Part shown: positions 11,585-23,762 of the stretch, one piece after another
Layout: each line of letters opens with the position of its first letter
How positions within the stretch are numbered: position 1 is the stretch's first letter
NCBI GenBank assembly: GCA_032718475.1
Contig: JAUCBJ010001381.1
Coordinates: forward strand, 27,577-91,576
Origin: Nemertoderma westbladi
Taxonomy: Eukaryota > Animalia > Xenacoelomorpha
Reading direction: 5' to 3'
DNA length: 64,000 nt
Position numbers and translations under genes: made by a program
The notes under the pieces: model-generated
The model's database searches: none
Seen by the model: the letters and a program-made list of their open reading frames with translations, nothing else
Told to the model about the DNA's origin: nothing

Positions 11585-14500
11585 GATGATAAGTCGGTAA
11601 TCCTATGTTTAGAAGGCAACAAAATTGGAAATTTCGTGTTCCAATTTAAATCAGCGTAATCAATGCGACCCTTACTACGAATTATATTAGTGTCATCTAA
11701 GAAAAGTTGTAGTTGTTTTACAAGCACTGGTGTTCGTCTAAAACCCATGGGCTTATTTCCCTTTGTCGTAAGGAAATCCAAGACTTCAGTGAAAGTCTCA
11801 CATTGGATTCTATGTACCCAATAAGTTTCGGCTGCCTTAATGTCATTAACACCGAGAACAGGAGCAATATTACAATAAGAGCTACTGTGACATTTGAGAT
11901 TACGGACGAATCTCAGAATCCAGGCAGATACTCGTAATAAACGACTGTAGTCGCTATAATCGGCTGGGTTTAAGACATCGGTAATAACATTCCTTTCTCC
12001 ATCTCCAAGAATGCTGGTAATCTTATCGTTGTCGTTCTTCTCAGCATCAATAAGGTTACTAGCAACAGAAGCTATTACCACGGAATTTGGCCAACTGGTA
12101 CAATCTGGTAACCAATCTGGGCCATATTTCCACAAATCAGAAATAATAAACTTGGAATAATTGATACCCCTTGTTAAAAGATCACTTGGATTGTCATTCG
12201 TATCCACATGTTTGAATGTAGTAGTAGGTAGTAATTCTCGAATTTCTGAAACTCGATTACGTACATACGGTTTATCCAGTTTGATTGACTGTAACCAACA
12301 TAGAGCAATAGTGCTGTCAGACCATAGGAAAAGACAACCGCATAAAAATTCCTTGTAATAAATATTAGAAACGTAAGTTAATAGTCTAGCTCCAACTAAA
12401 ATGGCAGTCAATTCCAACTGCGGCAAAGTGAGGCTGCCACTGGCTAAACGTTCAACACTCTTAACCGGAGTAACACGTGCCTTGGCTGTTACTAAAGCAG
12501 AACCATTGCTGTTAACCATGTAAACAACGGCACCATAAGCCTTAGTTGATGCATCACAAAAGCAATGAAAATCAGTTTGGTCTGATAGTGGCAACATTCT
12601 AGGCATGGAGAAGGCGGATAATAGATTCAAATCACAAACTAATTTTGACCAATCACGAGCCAGATTACTAGGAATGACGTCATCCCATTTCAAATTTAAT
12701 TTCCAGAGTTCTTGAATTAGCATTTTAGAACGAATAGTAACCGGAACTAACCACCCATAAGGATCATATATCTTTGGAGCAGAACTAACAACATGGCGTT
12801 TTGTCAGTTTGTCAATGTCAGGAACGTCAATTTTGCGGGTTGGAAAACCTAAGGTGTCTGCATTAATATTCCAATTAATACCAAAAATCAAGGCGTCAGG
12901 TTTGTCAGTTGTAGGACCGTCACCATTCAGTCTAATAATGTTACTCAATTTCGGTGAATTTGTGAACCATTGTCGCAAAGGAAACCCACCTTCCCTTAAA
13001 ATAGCGCGACTTTGAATGTAAAAATCAATAAGTCGATCTTCGGATACCTCTGTATCCTGTAAATTGTCTACATACATATTTTGCAAAATTATTTTTGCAA
13101 TAGGAGCATTACACTGTTTAAGGTGATGTTGAATAGTTGAGTTCAACAAAAATTGGCTACAGTTTGCACCAAATAAAACCACTTTAAATCTATAAGTCAA
13201 AATTGGACTATTAAGATCAAATGGATCTTTAGGCCAAAGAAATCTAGTGACGTCACGGTCTATTTCGGCTAACACTATTTGAAAATAAGCCTTTTCAATA
13301 TCAGAAATAGCACAGAAATTATGAATACGAAAACGTAACAATAAATCATACAGTAGTTGATTTGTAGGCGGACCAGTTAACAAACAATCATTTAAACTGA
13401 CATTGTTTTTACCGCTACCAGAAGAACAATCATACACTATACGTAAAGGAGTAGTGGCGGATTGCGGTTTTTCTACACCGTGGTGTGGTATATAGTGCAC
13501 CAGATTACCGCTACGAGTGATTCCATTGGATACAAAAATATCATCAACAGGAACTAATTCAATGAAATTTCTAGTTAACTGCTCATTAACTAAGTTATTG
13601 TAACAAGTTAGAAAGTCTGGGTTTCTACGTAATTTATTTAATGTAGATTCTAACCGTTTTCTACATAAACCGTAGTTTAGTGATAAATGGGCGTGGTTTT
13701 GTAACCATGGCAACCTTGTAATGTACATACCATCACTATATTCAATGCTATTATTAAATTCAAGAATAGCTGTTTCGTGATCAAAATTGGTAGCATTCAT
13801 ATTAATACCAATTTCATCTAAACTCCACAAACGTTCTAAACATACAGAAACGTCATTACATTGGAGACATAATTCACTTGGTTTAACATTGCAATATTCA
13901 AAATTATGATTTACACTAATGCCAATGTGCATAACAGAAATAACGTTATTTTGTATATGTGTATCAGAAATCTTACCAGAATGTACATTTCCTACTATGA
14001 TATTACCCAAATTGGATGGTAATACATTTACGTCATTTATAACATTATCATTGTAAACAAAATTGAAATACTGATCACTACCAATAAGTAAACAAATATT
14101 GGAAATGGAATCCCCACGGCAAGGATCCGCTAAACTAAATCCTTGTAATGTAAACCGATCGACGATCGCGGAATGGCCCGGAGTCGACAAACGAGGCAAT
14201 CTATCAACTAAAATAGCGTTTGTTTCCACGAAACCATCTGAGGTTTCAACGTTAAATGAAACTACATCGTACCATTGACACAATCCGTCACTATTAATCC
14301 CATCGATACCGATCCAAATCCGTTCCACAATAGGAAGATGTAATGATTCAGCAGCTTGGCGGAGCAATAGAGTACGTTGCGAGCCTTGATCGAAAAGCGC
14401 CCGCAACTTATAGGTACGACGATTATTATCGCTAATAACCGGAACTACGGCAGTCGGTAGTAGCGTTGAATGGTTATCGGTAACCAGAGTAGAAAAGGAG

Positions 14501-15558
14501 ACGGAGGCAACACTTCCCTTTGAACCACTAGATGCAGTCGGTTGTCGGTTTGTGTCTCTAGAGCTAGATGCTTGGGATTGTAATAACGTGGAACCGTGAA
14601 GCACTGTATGATGGCGACTGTTACAAACGAAACAATTTTGAGTCGAACACTTCGATAAGTTCGAATGTTCCGGTTTTAAACAGTTGGTACACAGCTTTAA
14701 TTCATTGAAGCATTGAAGCATTGTAATTCATTGTGCTTTCTTATCAGGCGTTTTATATATATCGCAGAAACGAACGCTATGCTCACCCTTACACAGGAAG
14801 CATTTTATCGGCCTTATAGGTCTATTAGTGAACGTCTTCGATGATGGAGATGAGACGGAGAACGAACCGGTGGTTCCGCCTCTGACGTCTTCCGGAGAAA
14901 ACCTCTTCTTGTCGACCCAACCTCCCTTTCCCTTCGAAGAAATTGTTGGCTGGGATTCTAGCGAAGTTAACTGCTCGATCTCCTCTTGAAGAGCTTTACG
15001 TAGTTCGTCAAGGGTCCAATATGAAGTTCGAGCCGCACGATTAATGTTATCTCGGATTTTGGCGGGAAGTTTCCTCAACAAAATTTCAGAATAGACATAT
15101 CCCGCCTCTTCCACATTACCACCGAGATTCCTAATGCCACGTATCTGAGCCTCGTACATAGCTCGGAACGCAGCAAGTTCCCGAGATGACGCACCCGGGG
15201 ACTCCAAATCTAGAAGTAGATGTAAACGCGACCGCATAATTAATTGCGGTTTACCGAACGATTCGCGTAGTAACTGGACAGCTTCCTCGTAATCTTCGTT
15301 CGATCTTTGGAAGTTGTCGACTAGTCTGGCAGCATCTCCGCTGAGCTGCCCTTCTAGGTAGGAAAACTTCGTCGCCCCAGCTAAATCAGAACAGCTATGA
15401 ACGGCGTCGTTAAATCTATCCCAAAAGTTAGTCCAGTCGACTGGATTGCCACTGAAAACCGGAAGCTTTAATACCGGAAGCTTCTGAGTTTTATGAGGGT
15501 TTGTAGAGGACGCACCTGATGTATTATGATTGTGAGGATGTTGTGGTTGGCCCATATC
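11488..15558 (-). pseudogene. BEL gag C-terminus, protease, RT and RNase H (copy A), with a stop at 14728 and a frameshift near 11585
   Basis: LPVFSGNPVDWTNFWDRF, three Cys/His knuckles, LFDQGSQRT, YIPHHGV, SDIEKAY, MYVDN, FCDAS, LELTA, WSDS. Confidence 0.92.
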
Positions 15559-16054
15559 ATCGTGTGATAAGTTCTTCTTGCCCTCCCCCGGGTTATATCT
15601 GCACCGACCACAATTGATGCTAAACTCCAATATGATATGATAAGAATAACAAACATACATATAATAATTAAGCAACAATAATTTCATTAATCACAGACTT
15701 ATGTCACCATTGTAAATACCGATAGGCTACCAACTAATTAGCATTAGGCCTACATAAATAATTATTGCAGTAATCGGGTATACACTATTCCCCTTACATC
15801 CTCCCTCACAGGCAAAAGATCGGCTCGATCTTTACATTTACAAATAAAATTTACTTTCAGTTTAAAATTACACAACTGATTAAACAACTGATAACAATGG
15901 TAATATGAATCAATCATAAAACTATACTCTTTCATCTAACAAAATTTCTTAACTTTAAATTAATAAACTTTCATTTTATACCATAAACAAATAATCAACT
16001 TACTACATACTGTATAATGTAATGTCAACAATAATCAACTTGTTTCCTTTATTT

Positions 16055-16273
16055 TTATTTACAATCACTACAGTACCATGTTTCTTCCGCAGGTTCATCA
16101 ATAATACCGACACAATGAAAATGGAACCAATCAAAACAACGGTCACAACTTATCATTGATGGACCTTCTATAAACCATGGAATGCCACAAATCGGGCAAG
16201 GGTAAATTTCTGATTCATCTACACCGTGATCGGTTATGGGTTTATGAGTACGATAGTTTAACACTGCGACCAC
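16055..16273 (-). CDS. PHD finger (C4HC3, TAF3-like), overlapping the pol stop in the +1 frame
   Basis: YPCPICG..PSMISCDRCFDWFHFHCVGI..ETWYCSDCK. There is no ATG ahead of the finger (GTG right after a TGA), so it is probably reached from pol. Confidence 0.85.
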   Translation of the reverse strand: MVAVLNYRTHKPITDHGVDESEIYPCPICGIPWFIEGPSMISCDRCFDWFHFHCVGIIDEPAEETWYCSDCK

Positions 16274-19200
16274 TCACAGGAATATTGGTAGGCAATGACG
16301 GTAAGTACGGTCCTACTCTAAGACGCACATCATCCCTACTAATAACTCTAGTTTTATTATCACATAAACCATTTATATGCGTAATAGTAACATTCTTATT
16401 ATCAATGTGGGTAACACGAAAAGGACCCACAAACTTTGGTGCCAATTTACGATCAGTACCAGGATTAATGGAATGATTTTTGGCCCAAACAATATCACCC
16501 TCTGATATGACCTGATCCTTAACTTTTCGGTCAAAATTACGTTTCTGAGTAATTTGTGATTTCGCAATACACTTTCTAGCCAAATGCCATACTGATGACA
16601 TTTGCTCTCCAATTAATTTTGCTCTTAAATCTGGTGTAAATTTTTCACCTTCAGGTAAAATAAAATTATCTGCTGGGCGCCTGGCCTCAAAACCATGCAA
16701 ACAATAAAAAGGTGTTTGCCCAGTGGACGAATGAACAGTTAAATTGTATGCAAATTGCGCAATGGGTAATACTACATCCCAATCCCTTGATTTATGGTCA
16801 GTTAGAGAACGCAAAAGTCTAGTCATAGTTTGTATCGTCCGCTCAGCCAGCCCATCTGACTGTGGATGGTAAGGTACCGTAAAAACCTTCCTTGTTAAAC
16901 AACGTTGCGCAATTTCCTCAACCAGCTTTGATCTGAAATTCGGACCCTGGTCGGATAATAATATTTCAGGCGCTCCATACCGTAGCACAATCCGGTGCAT
17001 AAACGCATCCGCTGTCGACTTAGCGCTGCCATCACACAAAGGAACAAACTCTGCATACTTTGTTAGATAGTCTATAAAGATAGCAATGTAGGTATTACAA
17101 TTATCGGTGGGTACAAAAGCCCCCATTAAGTCGACCCCAACCCTTTCAAAGGGTCTCTCCACTTCTATTGATTCCAATTCATGTCTTGTTCGTAGGTTAC
17201 GAGTAGTAGCACACTTGGAACAAGACTTATAATGGTTATTCACCTCACTATACATACCAGGCCAGTAATAAAATTTCAGTAGCGATTCATACACTTTAGA
17301 AGTTGCAAAATGACCAGACGAGTTATCACCATGGTATGCATGTAAAATATCACCTCGTAAGGATTCTGGAACTACAGTTAACAGTCGAATTTTATGACTA
17401 TCTTTAGACTTAAATCTATAATAAAGAACTCCGTTACTAAGTTCATAATTAGTTGCCTCCAAAACAATTCTTCTAGCTGCTTTCAATTGTATTGGTAAAG
17501 TACCATCTTCTAAATAATTGATTATACACTTGAGTTTATTATCATTTCTTTGTTTTACAGATATATCTACTTTGAATGAATGAACATCAACTTCATCTTC
17601 AATAACAATCTCTGATACCTCAACTGAAGACACAACTTTATCCAATGGACAGTTACCATTTTCCTTCTCCGAACAACACAAAGGGACTAGTCGACTCAAT
17701 GCATCTGCATCTCTATTTTTTATTCCAGGTCTATATCGAATTTCACAGTTGAATTGACTCAACCAAAGTGCCCATCGAGCTAAACGACCCTCCAACTGTT
17801 TGGCAGTTAATAAACTGGTAAGTGCAGAATGATCGGTATAAACTGTAAACTTTCTCCCATATAGGTAAGGTCGAAAATGTTTAATTGCCCACACAACTCC
17901 AAGACATTCAAGATCACTTATAGAATAATTATGTTCACTCCCTTGTAGAGTACGAGAAGCATAAGCCACAGGTTGTACACGACTACTATCATTAACTTGA
18001 GCTAACACAGCTCCCAACCCACTCCGAGAAGCATCAGTATGTAACAGAAAGTCGGCATTAAAATCCGCATGTGCAAGGCATGGTGGATTTGATAAAGCTT
18101 GTTTAATATCGTCCATCGCAGCTTGTTGCTCCTCTCCCCAAGTAAACCGTATGTTATCCTTCATCAACGATGTCAGTGCTTTCATTCTGTTTGCACAATG
18201 TGGTATATAGATTCTATAATAGGATGCCAAACCAGTAAACATCCTAATCTCCTTCTTACTTGTTAAAGGTTTAATATTCAACAGCTGACTAACTTTCTCT
18301 GGATCTGGGTATCGTCCATTTACATCAATAACATGACCCAAATATACTATACTCGGCATTGAAAATTTACATTTTGAAATCTTCAACTTAATTCCAACTT
18401 TACCCAAAGCCTCCAAGATTATATCTAATCTCTGTATGTGCTCCAATGCACTAAATGCGAACACCAATATATCATCCAGGTAAACTAAACATATGATATA
18501 TTGCAAACCAGAAAGAGTCATATCCATCATTCTTTGAAATGTAGGTGGTGCATTACATAGCCCATATGGCATGCGTTTAAACTGATACAATCCCAAATGT
18601 GTACCAAATGCAGTTTTACAACGATCCTCCGACGCAATCTCAACAGTCCAATAAGCTGAATATGTATCTAATAAAGAACAATATAAACGTTTTGTGTCTG
18701 TAGGTTGTGGACCAATACAGTCAATTAATTCTTGAATAGATGGCAAAGGATATGCATCTTTATGCGTCACTGCATTTAGTGGTCGAAAATCAATGCAGAA
18801 CCTCAGCTCACCCCCTTTTTTCAAGGCAAAGACTGGACGAAATTGCCAAGGACTCTCTGAATGCTCTATGACATCCTTCTCTAGCATAGATTTTACATGT
18901 TCTTCAACTACAGGCCACTGCGACCTTGGAACCCTATGTCCCCGAACCTTGATTGGACTAGCATCTCCCGTATTTATGTGATGTTGCACCCCTTTCACCA
19001 ATCCCAAATCTAACTCATGTTGAGCAAAAACATCGCGGTGTTTATAAAGAACATCAGTTAATTTATCTTTCATTGACTCATCACTGTACTCATCCTCCTC
19101 AATATGTAATCGAGATATAAACTCACCTCTAGACCAGGTTTTACGAGACTTCTCTCCCACTGGCATAGACATTATATTTTCATCATCTTCTGTAACAGAA

Positions 19201-21296
19201 TAATCAGCTGTATTTTTAATACTTAGGCAATCAACTGACCCCAACTTGGTATGTTTATTAATCCTTATAGGAAATTCATTCAGATTCATTACCTGTACGG
19301 GAATACGCTGCAGATCATCTGGATATGAAATTGCAGTTGCAGCACAAACTCCATGTCGTTTATTTACATTCACACCTTGAGTAAATAATAATGGTTGTTT
19401 ATTCGAGATAGGCAATGGTGAACTGAGCTCCCCTGATATCATCAAACGACTTCGTGGTGGTATAGTTACTATCTCGTTACACCACACAGCAGACACTGAT
19501 CCATCACCCATTGGTCTCGATATTGTCTCTGTGGCAACGTCTTGCCCATTAACTATTAATACCATTTCTCCGCAAAAATTCCATTTCAATCCGCACTCAA
19601 ATGCTCCTAATATATCCAGACCAATTAGAAATTCATGACTCGGCTTCCTATTAACTTGTAATTCTACCAAATGTTCTACTCCACCCAAACACATTTTTAT
19701 TTTTACACAACCCACAATATCTAGTGGATGCCCAGAAGCTGACTTTGTTTCAAAATATGGTTTCCTCAACTCAAACTTCATTGAACTGCATGATTGTATT
19801 TCTTCCAATACATCACTAGAAATTATAGATATTTCGCTCCCAGTATCAACAAAAGCTCTCTTAGGAATACCCTCCAAACTCGAAAAAACAAAGCAACGTC
19901 TTAAGCATTGACCCTTCAATTGTAAATTAAATGATTTCTTCTGCTCAATTGTAACTGCAGATGAAGTAATAGGCTCTAGTTTGGATTTAACATCTACCAT
20001 TTCATCATCCCTATAATCATCTTGGGTAAGATTTAATTTATCGAAGCCAACTTGAACTAAACTACAACCAGTTTCTTTAGAGGTAGATTCACGACAATTA
20101 TCATTAGATTTGCTACTATGCTTCAATTTTTCCTTAAAACAGTCCATCTTTCGGTGCCCCAATTTTCCACAACCATAACACTTTACTGGGTTTCTACAAT
20201 CTTTGGCCATATGCCCAATTCTACTACAATTAAAACAAGTAATCTTCGGTTTTGTTGAACTCGAGTCAGAATAATTACTTGAGATTGGTTTAGAATTGCC
20301 CCTAATTGCATTTGTCTCCACTTCATTTGTGTTAACAATTGATTTGACAACTGTATTTGAAAGTTCCATATCTAAAGCATAAGCTTTTCGAAATAACTCT
20401 TTCCAGGTTGATTGCACATTCAATCGTCGCCATCCTCGAAGTCTTCCACTCAACTCACAACGAACATTAGATGCAAAGAAATCCTGCAGTATAGACTCTT
20501 CTCCATTCCCATCGAACTGTTCCCTACGACGGCGAACAGCCATCATGAATCGCTCTACGAATTCCGGCAAAGACTCATTGATCCCTTGTTTACATGTTGC
20601 TATATTAGAAGCTGTATTCTCCTTATGATCAGATAATAAATCAATAACAGCTTTCTTCAATGACAGATAATCACTTCTGTCATCCTCTTCTAATGTTTCC
20701 TCCAACATCGTGTGTAAACGACCAACTTTAGCCAGTAAACGATCCCTACGTTCATCCTGTGGAACCCTAGAGTCATCCATAATTCGATCATAATAATCAT
20801 CAAACCATGTTTGTATAGACATCTTCTTTGGGTCGAAAGGTGGTATGGTCTCTGATAACTTCGTGCAGCGATGTATCTGGTGAGCACCTGTTCCTCTACT
20901 ACCCCGGCCACTATCATCACCATGGTCACGGCGACCACTATTTGGTTCATTTGCAGTGTCTCTTTCATTCGATAGCATATCCTGAAGTTCTCTAAAACGA
21001 CTATCTTCAGTCACCTTATGACTCTCCATTAAATTGGAAAAGAACTCATTTTGTTGCATAGCCATTGCTCTAGAATGTTCCTGCATAAATTGGTATTGTC
21101 TATCCATCATTGCTGTCGTCTGTTGTTGCATCAACTCGGCTTGATTCAACATCATTTGTTTAAACATCTCCATCATTCCCCATGTTGATTCACCCTTACC
21201 AGAAGCGACACTACCGTCATCTTCTTTGTTAAGTTGCTGACCATGACCTTGACTTTGACCCTGGCCCTTCTTGGTCGGGTCGTCCTTCTTCGACAT
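16242..21296 (-). CDS. Gypsy Gag-Pol polyprotein (single ORF; open frame from 21383, first ATG at 21296)
   Basis: Two CCHC knuckles, FVDTGS protease, LRFCIDFRPLN and YLDD RT, TDAS RNase H, integrase GVDLMG/SDQG/PYHPQSDGLAER, GPF motif. Confidence 0.96.
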   Translation of the reverse strand: MSKKDDPTKKGQGQSQGHGQQLNKEDDGSVASGKGESTWGMMEMFKQMMLNQAELMQQQTTAMMDRQYQFMQEHSRAMAMQQNEFFSNLMESHKVTEDSRFRELQDMLSNERDTANEPNSGRRDHGDDSGRGSRGTGAHQIHRCTKLSETIPPFDPKKMSIQTWFDDYYDRIMDDSRVPQDERRDRLLAKVGRLHTMLEETLEEDDRSDYLSLKKAVIDLLSDHKENTASNIATCKQGINESLPEFVERFMMAVRRRREQFDGNGEESILQDFFASNVRCELSGRLRGWRRLNVQSTWKELFRKAYALDMELSNTVVKSIVNTNEVETNAIRGNSKPISSNYSDSSSTKPKITCFNCSRIGHMAKDCRNPVKCYGCGKLGHRKMDCFKEKLKHSSKSNDNCRESTSKETGCSLVQVGFDKLNLTQDDYRDDEMVDVKSKLEPITSSAVTIEQKKSFNLQLKGQCLRRCFVFSSLEGIPKRAFVDTGSEISIISSDVLEEIQSCSSMKFELRKPYFETKSASGHPLDIVGCVKIKMCLGGVEHLVELQVNRKPSHEFLIGLDILGAFECGLKWNFCGEMVLIVNGQDVATETISRPMGDGSVSAVWCNEIVTIPPRSRLMISGELSSPLPISNKQPLLFTQGVNVNKRHGVCAATAISYPDDLQRIPVQVMNLNEFPIRINKHTKLGSVDCLSIKNTADYSVTEDDENIMSMPVGEKSRKTWSRGEFISRLHIEEDEYSDESMKDKLTDVLYKHRDVFAQHELDLGLVKGVQHHINTGDASPIKVRGHRVPRSQWPVVEEHVKSMLEKDVIEHSESPWQFRPVFALKKGGELRFCIDFRPLNAVTHKDAYPLPSIQELIDCIGPQPTDTKRLYCSLLDTYSAYWTVEIASEDRCKTAFGTHLGLYQFKRMPYGLCNAPPTFQRMMDMTLSGLQYIICLVYLDDILVFAFSALEHIQRLDIILEALGKVGIKLKISKCKFSMPSIVYLGHVIDVNGRYPDPEKVSQLLNIKPLTSKKEIRMFTGLASYYRIYIPHCANRMKALTSLMKDNIRFTWGEEQQAAMDDIKQALSNPPCLAHADFNADFLLHTDASRSGLGAVLAQVNDSSRVQPVAYASRTLQGSEHNYSISDLECLGVVWAIKHFRPYLYGRKFTVYTDHSALTSLLTAKQLEGRLARWALWLSQFNCEIRYRPGIKNRDADALSRLVPLCCSEKENGNCPLDKVVSSVEVSEIVIEDEVDVHSFKVDISVKQRNDNKLKCIINYLEDGTLPIQLKAARRIVLEATNYELSNGVLYYRFKSKDSHKIRLLTVVPESLRGDILHAYHGDNSSGHFATSKVYESLLKFYYWPGMYSEVNNHYKSCSKCATTRNLRTRHELESIEVERPFERVGVDLMGAFVPTDNCNTYIAIFIDYLTKYAEFVPLCDGSAKSTADAFMHRIVLRYGAPEILLSDQGPNFRSKLVEEIAQRCLTRKVFTVPYHPQSDGLAERTIQTMTRLLRSLTDHKSRDWDVVLPIAQFAYNLTVHSSTGQTPFYCLHGFEARRPADNFILPEGEKFTPDLRAKLIGEQMSSVWHLARKCIAKSQITQKRNFDRKVKDQVISEGDIVWAKNHSINPGTDRKLAPKFVGPFRVTHIDNKNVTITHINGLCDNKTRVISRDDVRLRVGPYLPSLPTNIPVSGRSVKLSYS

Positions 21297-21726
21297 TTGT
21301 TTGGCAGCTTCAATATCCTTGTGATATTGACGACGTACGTCTAGTGGGTTTTGACGAGTTATCCTCTTCTCCAGTTTAAACAAAAAAACAACAACAACTG
21401 AAATGGCTGGCGATCATAAGCCTGTGAAACTCCAATCCATTAAATTAAACGCTGTTCTCCAGTGGATGCAGTTGGTGGGACCTCCATGTGATAAGTTCTT
21501 CTTGCCCTCCCCCGGGTTATATCTGCACCGACCACAATTGATGCTAAACTCCAATATGATATGATAAGAATAACAAACATACATATAATAATTAAGCAAC
21601 AATAATTTCATTAATCACAGACTTATGTCACCATTGTAAATACCGATAGGCTACCAACTAATTAGCATTAGGCCTACATAAATAATTATTGCAGTAATCG
21701 GGTATACACTATTCCCCTTACAATCG

Positions 21727-22100
21727 AATTGACCATGATAATCACCAGAATTGAAACGATTGTTGTCCTCTCTAATTCGTATGAACTTCTCACAACGTCG
21801 TATTGTGGAAGAAATTCGCATATCGTCCTTGGAATTCGTTTCTATATCCGCAGCAATGACGTCAGCCTCGACAATATGAGAATATATTTCCTCGTTGACA
21901 TCGTTCAACTTCGATTGTTGAACTCGAAGAGCCTCGATAACATCCCGGATCGTGTCGACATCCGGATCGGTTACAAACTCCCTAGTGGCTGCGTCAACAT
22001 AGATTAAACCATCGAGTTGAGTCATTAGTCGAGACGCTACCGACTTGTGACCTCGTCGCTTATTTTTCAGGTGTCGTAAGGTGTCAGCATCCATGTCCAT
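21727..22100 (-). pseudogene. BEL gag N-terminus (copy A), separated from the rest by the Gypsy insertion
   Basis: MDMDADTLRHLKNKRRGHKS...; near-identical to copy B at 27885-28259. Confidence 0.9.
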
Positions 22101-22296
22101 CACGCTATTACGTTGCCGTTAAATCGGGATCCGTTGACCCAATACGCAAGCCTGATTGCTGACTACTGGACTAGCAGACAAGTCTGCTACTGCTAGTGCT
22201 GCGGTAAAACGATTAGGCTCTACCGGTATTACCGGTAAGAGTTATTAAATTGTCAGGACGACACTTTCCGGGCGAGTCCCGGGTCACCGCACCAAA

Positions 22297-22564
22297 TGTC
22301 CGGAATATTTCGGAATCCCGGACATCGAAAATATCACAGACCTAAAGAAAACATGTATTTCTTGCTTGCTAGTATATTACTCAGTTCGTATATATATCAG
22401 TATATGATAGGATAACGTACATACATAAACTGATAAATGTCAGATAACACAAAACTAAAACAGTAAAAACTAAAAGCACGGTGTACTCTACTGCCGTACT
22501 GCCTGACTGAACTACCAACTGAAAGCACCCAGCTGATCATCCTAAATACAGTATATTTGGGACA
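22297..22564 (-). repeat. BEL LTR 2, shared (5' LTR of A, 3' LTR of B)
   Basis: PBS on one side and the copy B 3' end on the other; 268 bp with an 8-bp insertion relative to LTR 1. Confidence 0.95.
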
Positions 22565-23762
22565 CACTGGGCCCCAGAGAAAATACATATTTGCACAACA
22601 GATACTTAGCTTCATGGATAAGACAAAACTAGTAAGACACAAATGTTTACATAGAAATTTGATTAAAAATATCTTTCAAATATAAATTCAATCGCTTTCA
22701 CCTTCACTTTCACTTTCATAGACTTGCATAATTTTACGTCTTGCGTCAATAGCAGCTTTACGTTTCGGTCGAACTACATCAGCTGTTTCAACAGTAGTTT
22801 CGGTCGAAGTCAATGTGGGTGTAGGGTCATGAACATCAGGGCACTCCAAGGGATAAAGACGCTTGATTGGCCTTACACAACTACCATTCTTAGTCCTTAA
22901 TGTCACTGATCGTACATGACCATCTATACCTTTATGTAACTCGATGACCTTTCCTAATGACCACTGCATACGAGGTATCTTGTCACCAATCAATACAACA
23001 TCGCCGATATTTGGAGATCATATAATTTCCTTGGCTGTACCCCGATGAAACTCGCGTAATGTTGACAAATAATCCTTATTCCACAGACACCATGCTCGAT
23101 TAAGAATGTTCTCAAGATATTGATGGCGTTCGATTAGCCCCTCTCGAATTCCGAACGGAGGATCATTATTCAGATTGTTACTCTCTTCAATATCGACAGG
23201 ATATCCTGAGATGCGATGTCCGATGAGTAGCATAGAGGGTGTTAAGGGTTCTACTTCTCCAACGTTAGAACTAACATAGGTTAATGGCCGGTCGTTCATC
23301 ATTGCTTCAACCTCTGTTACAATGTTCTGCAGAGCCTCGAAATCGATAATGCGACGTCCTAATGCCCTCTTCAAAATACTTTTCCTTATTCCGATCAATC
23401 GCTCGTAGAGCCCTCCAAACCAAGGAGAATACGGAGGGATGAATTCCCAAGAACAACGTTGTGATAAGAGGTAACTCTGAACTGATGAGTCACCTTGTAA
23501 GTCTCGTAAATCTAGGTCAGCACCAATGAATGTGGTTGAATTGTCACTTATAAAACGCGACGGACATCCTCTACGCGCTATAAATCTACGTAGCGCACAT
23601 AAGAAAGTTTTGACTGAATTGTCCCGTACGACTTCCCAATGGACAGCCCTAGATAAGCGCACGTAAAAAGAACAAGGTATGCCTTAACAATTTCGTTGCA
23701 TTCTTCCACTTGTAAAGCGCCTGTATAATCAACACCAGTTGTGTTGAAGGGCCGAGACACCT

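Larger units (their letters stand above)
15563..21722 (-). mobile_element. Young Gypsy/Ty3 LTR retrotransposon nested in BEL gag
   Basis: Apparently identical 236-bp LTRs (15563-15798, 21487-21722); 4-bp TSD ATCG (15559-62, 21723-26) with the empty site in BEL copy B (~27881); tRNA-Gln-like PBS TGGAGGTCCCACC; PPT GAGGGAGGA. Confidence 0.97.
9934..22564 (-). mobile_element. BEL/Pao LTR retrotransposon, copy A (defective, hosts a nested Gypsy)
   Basis: LTRs TGTCC...GGACA at 9934-10193 and 22297-22564; tRNA-His-like PBS TGGTGCGGTGACCCGGGA at 22277-22294; Gag-PR-RT-RH-IN order with Pao-type motifs. Confidence 0.95.
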
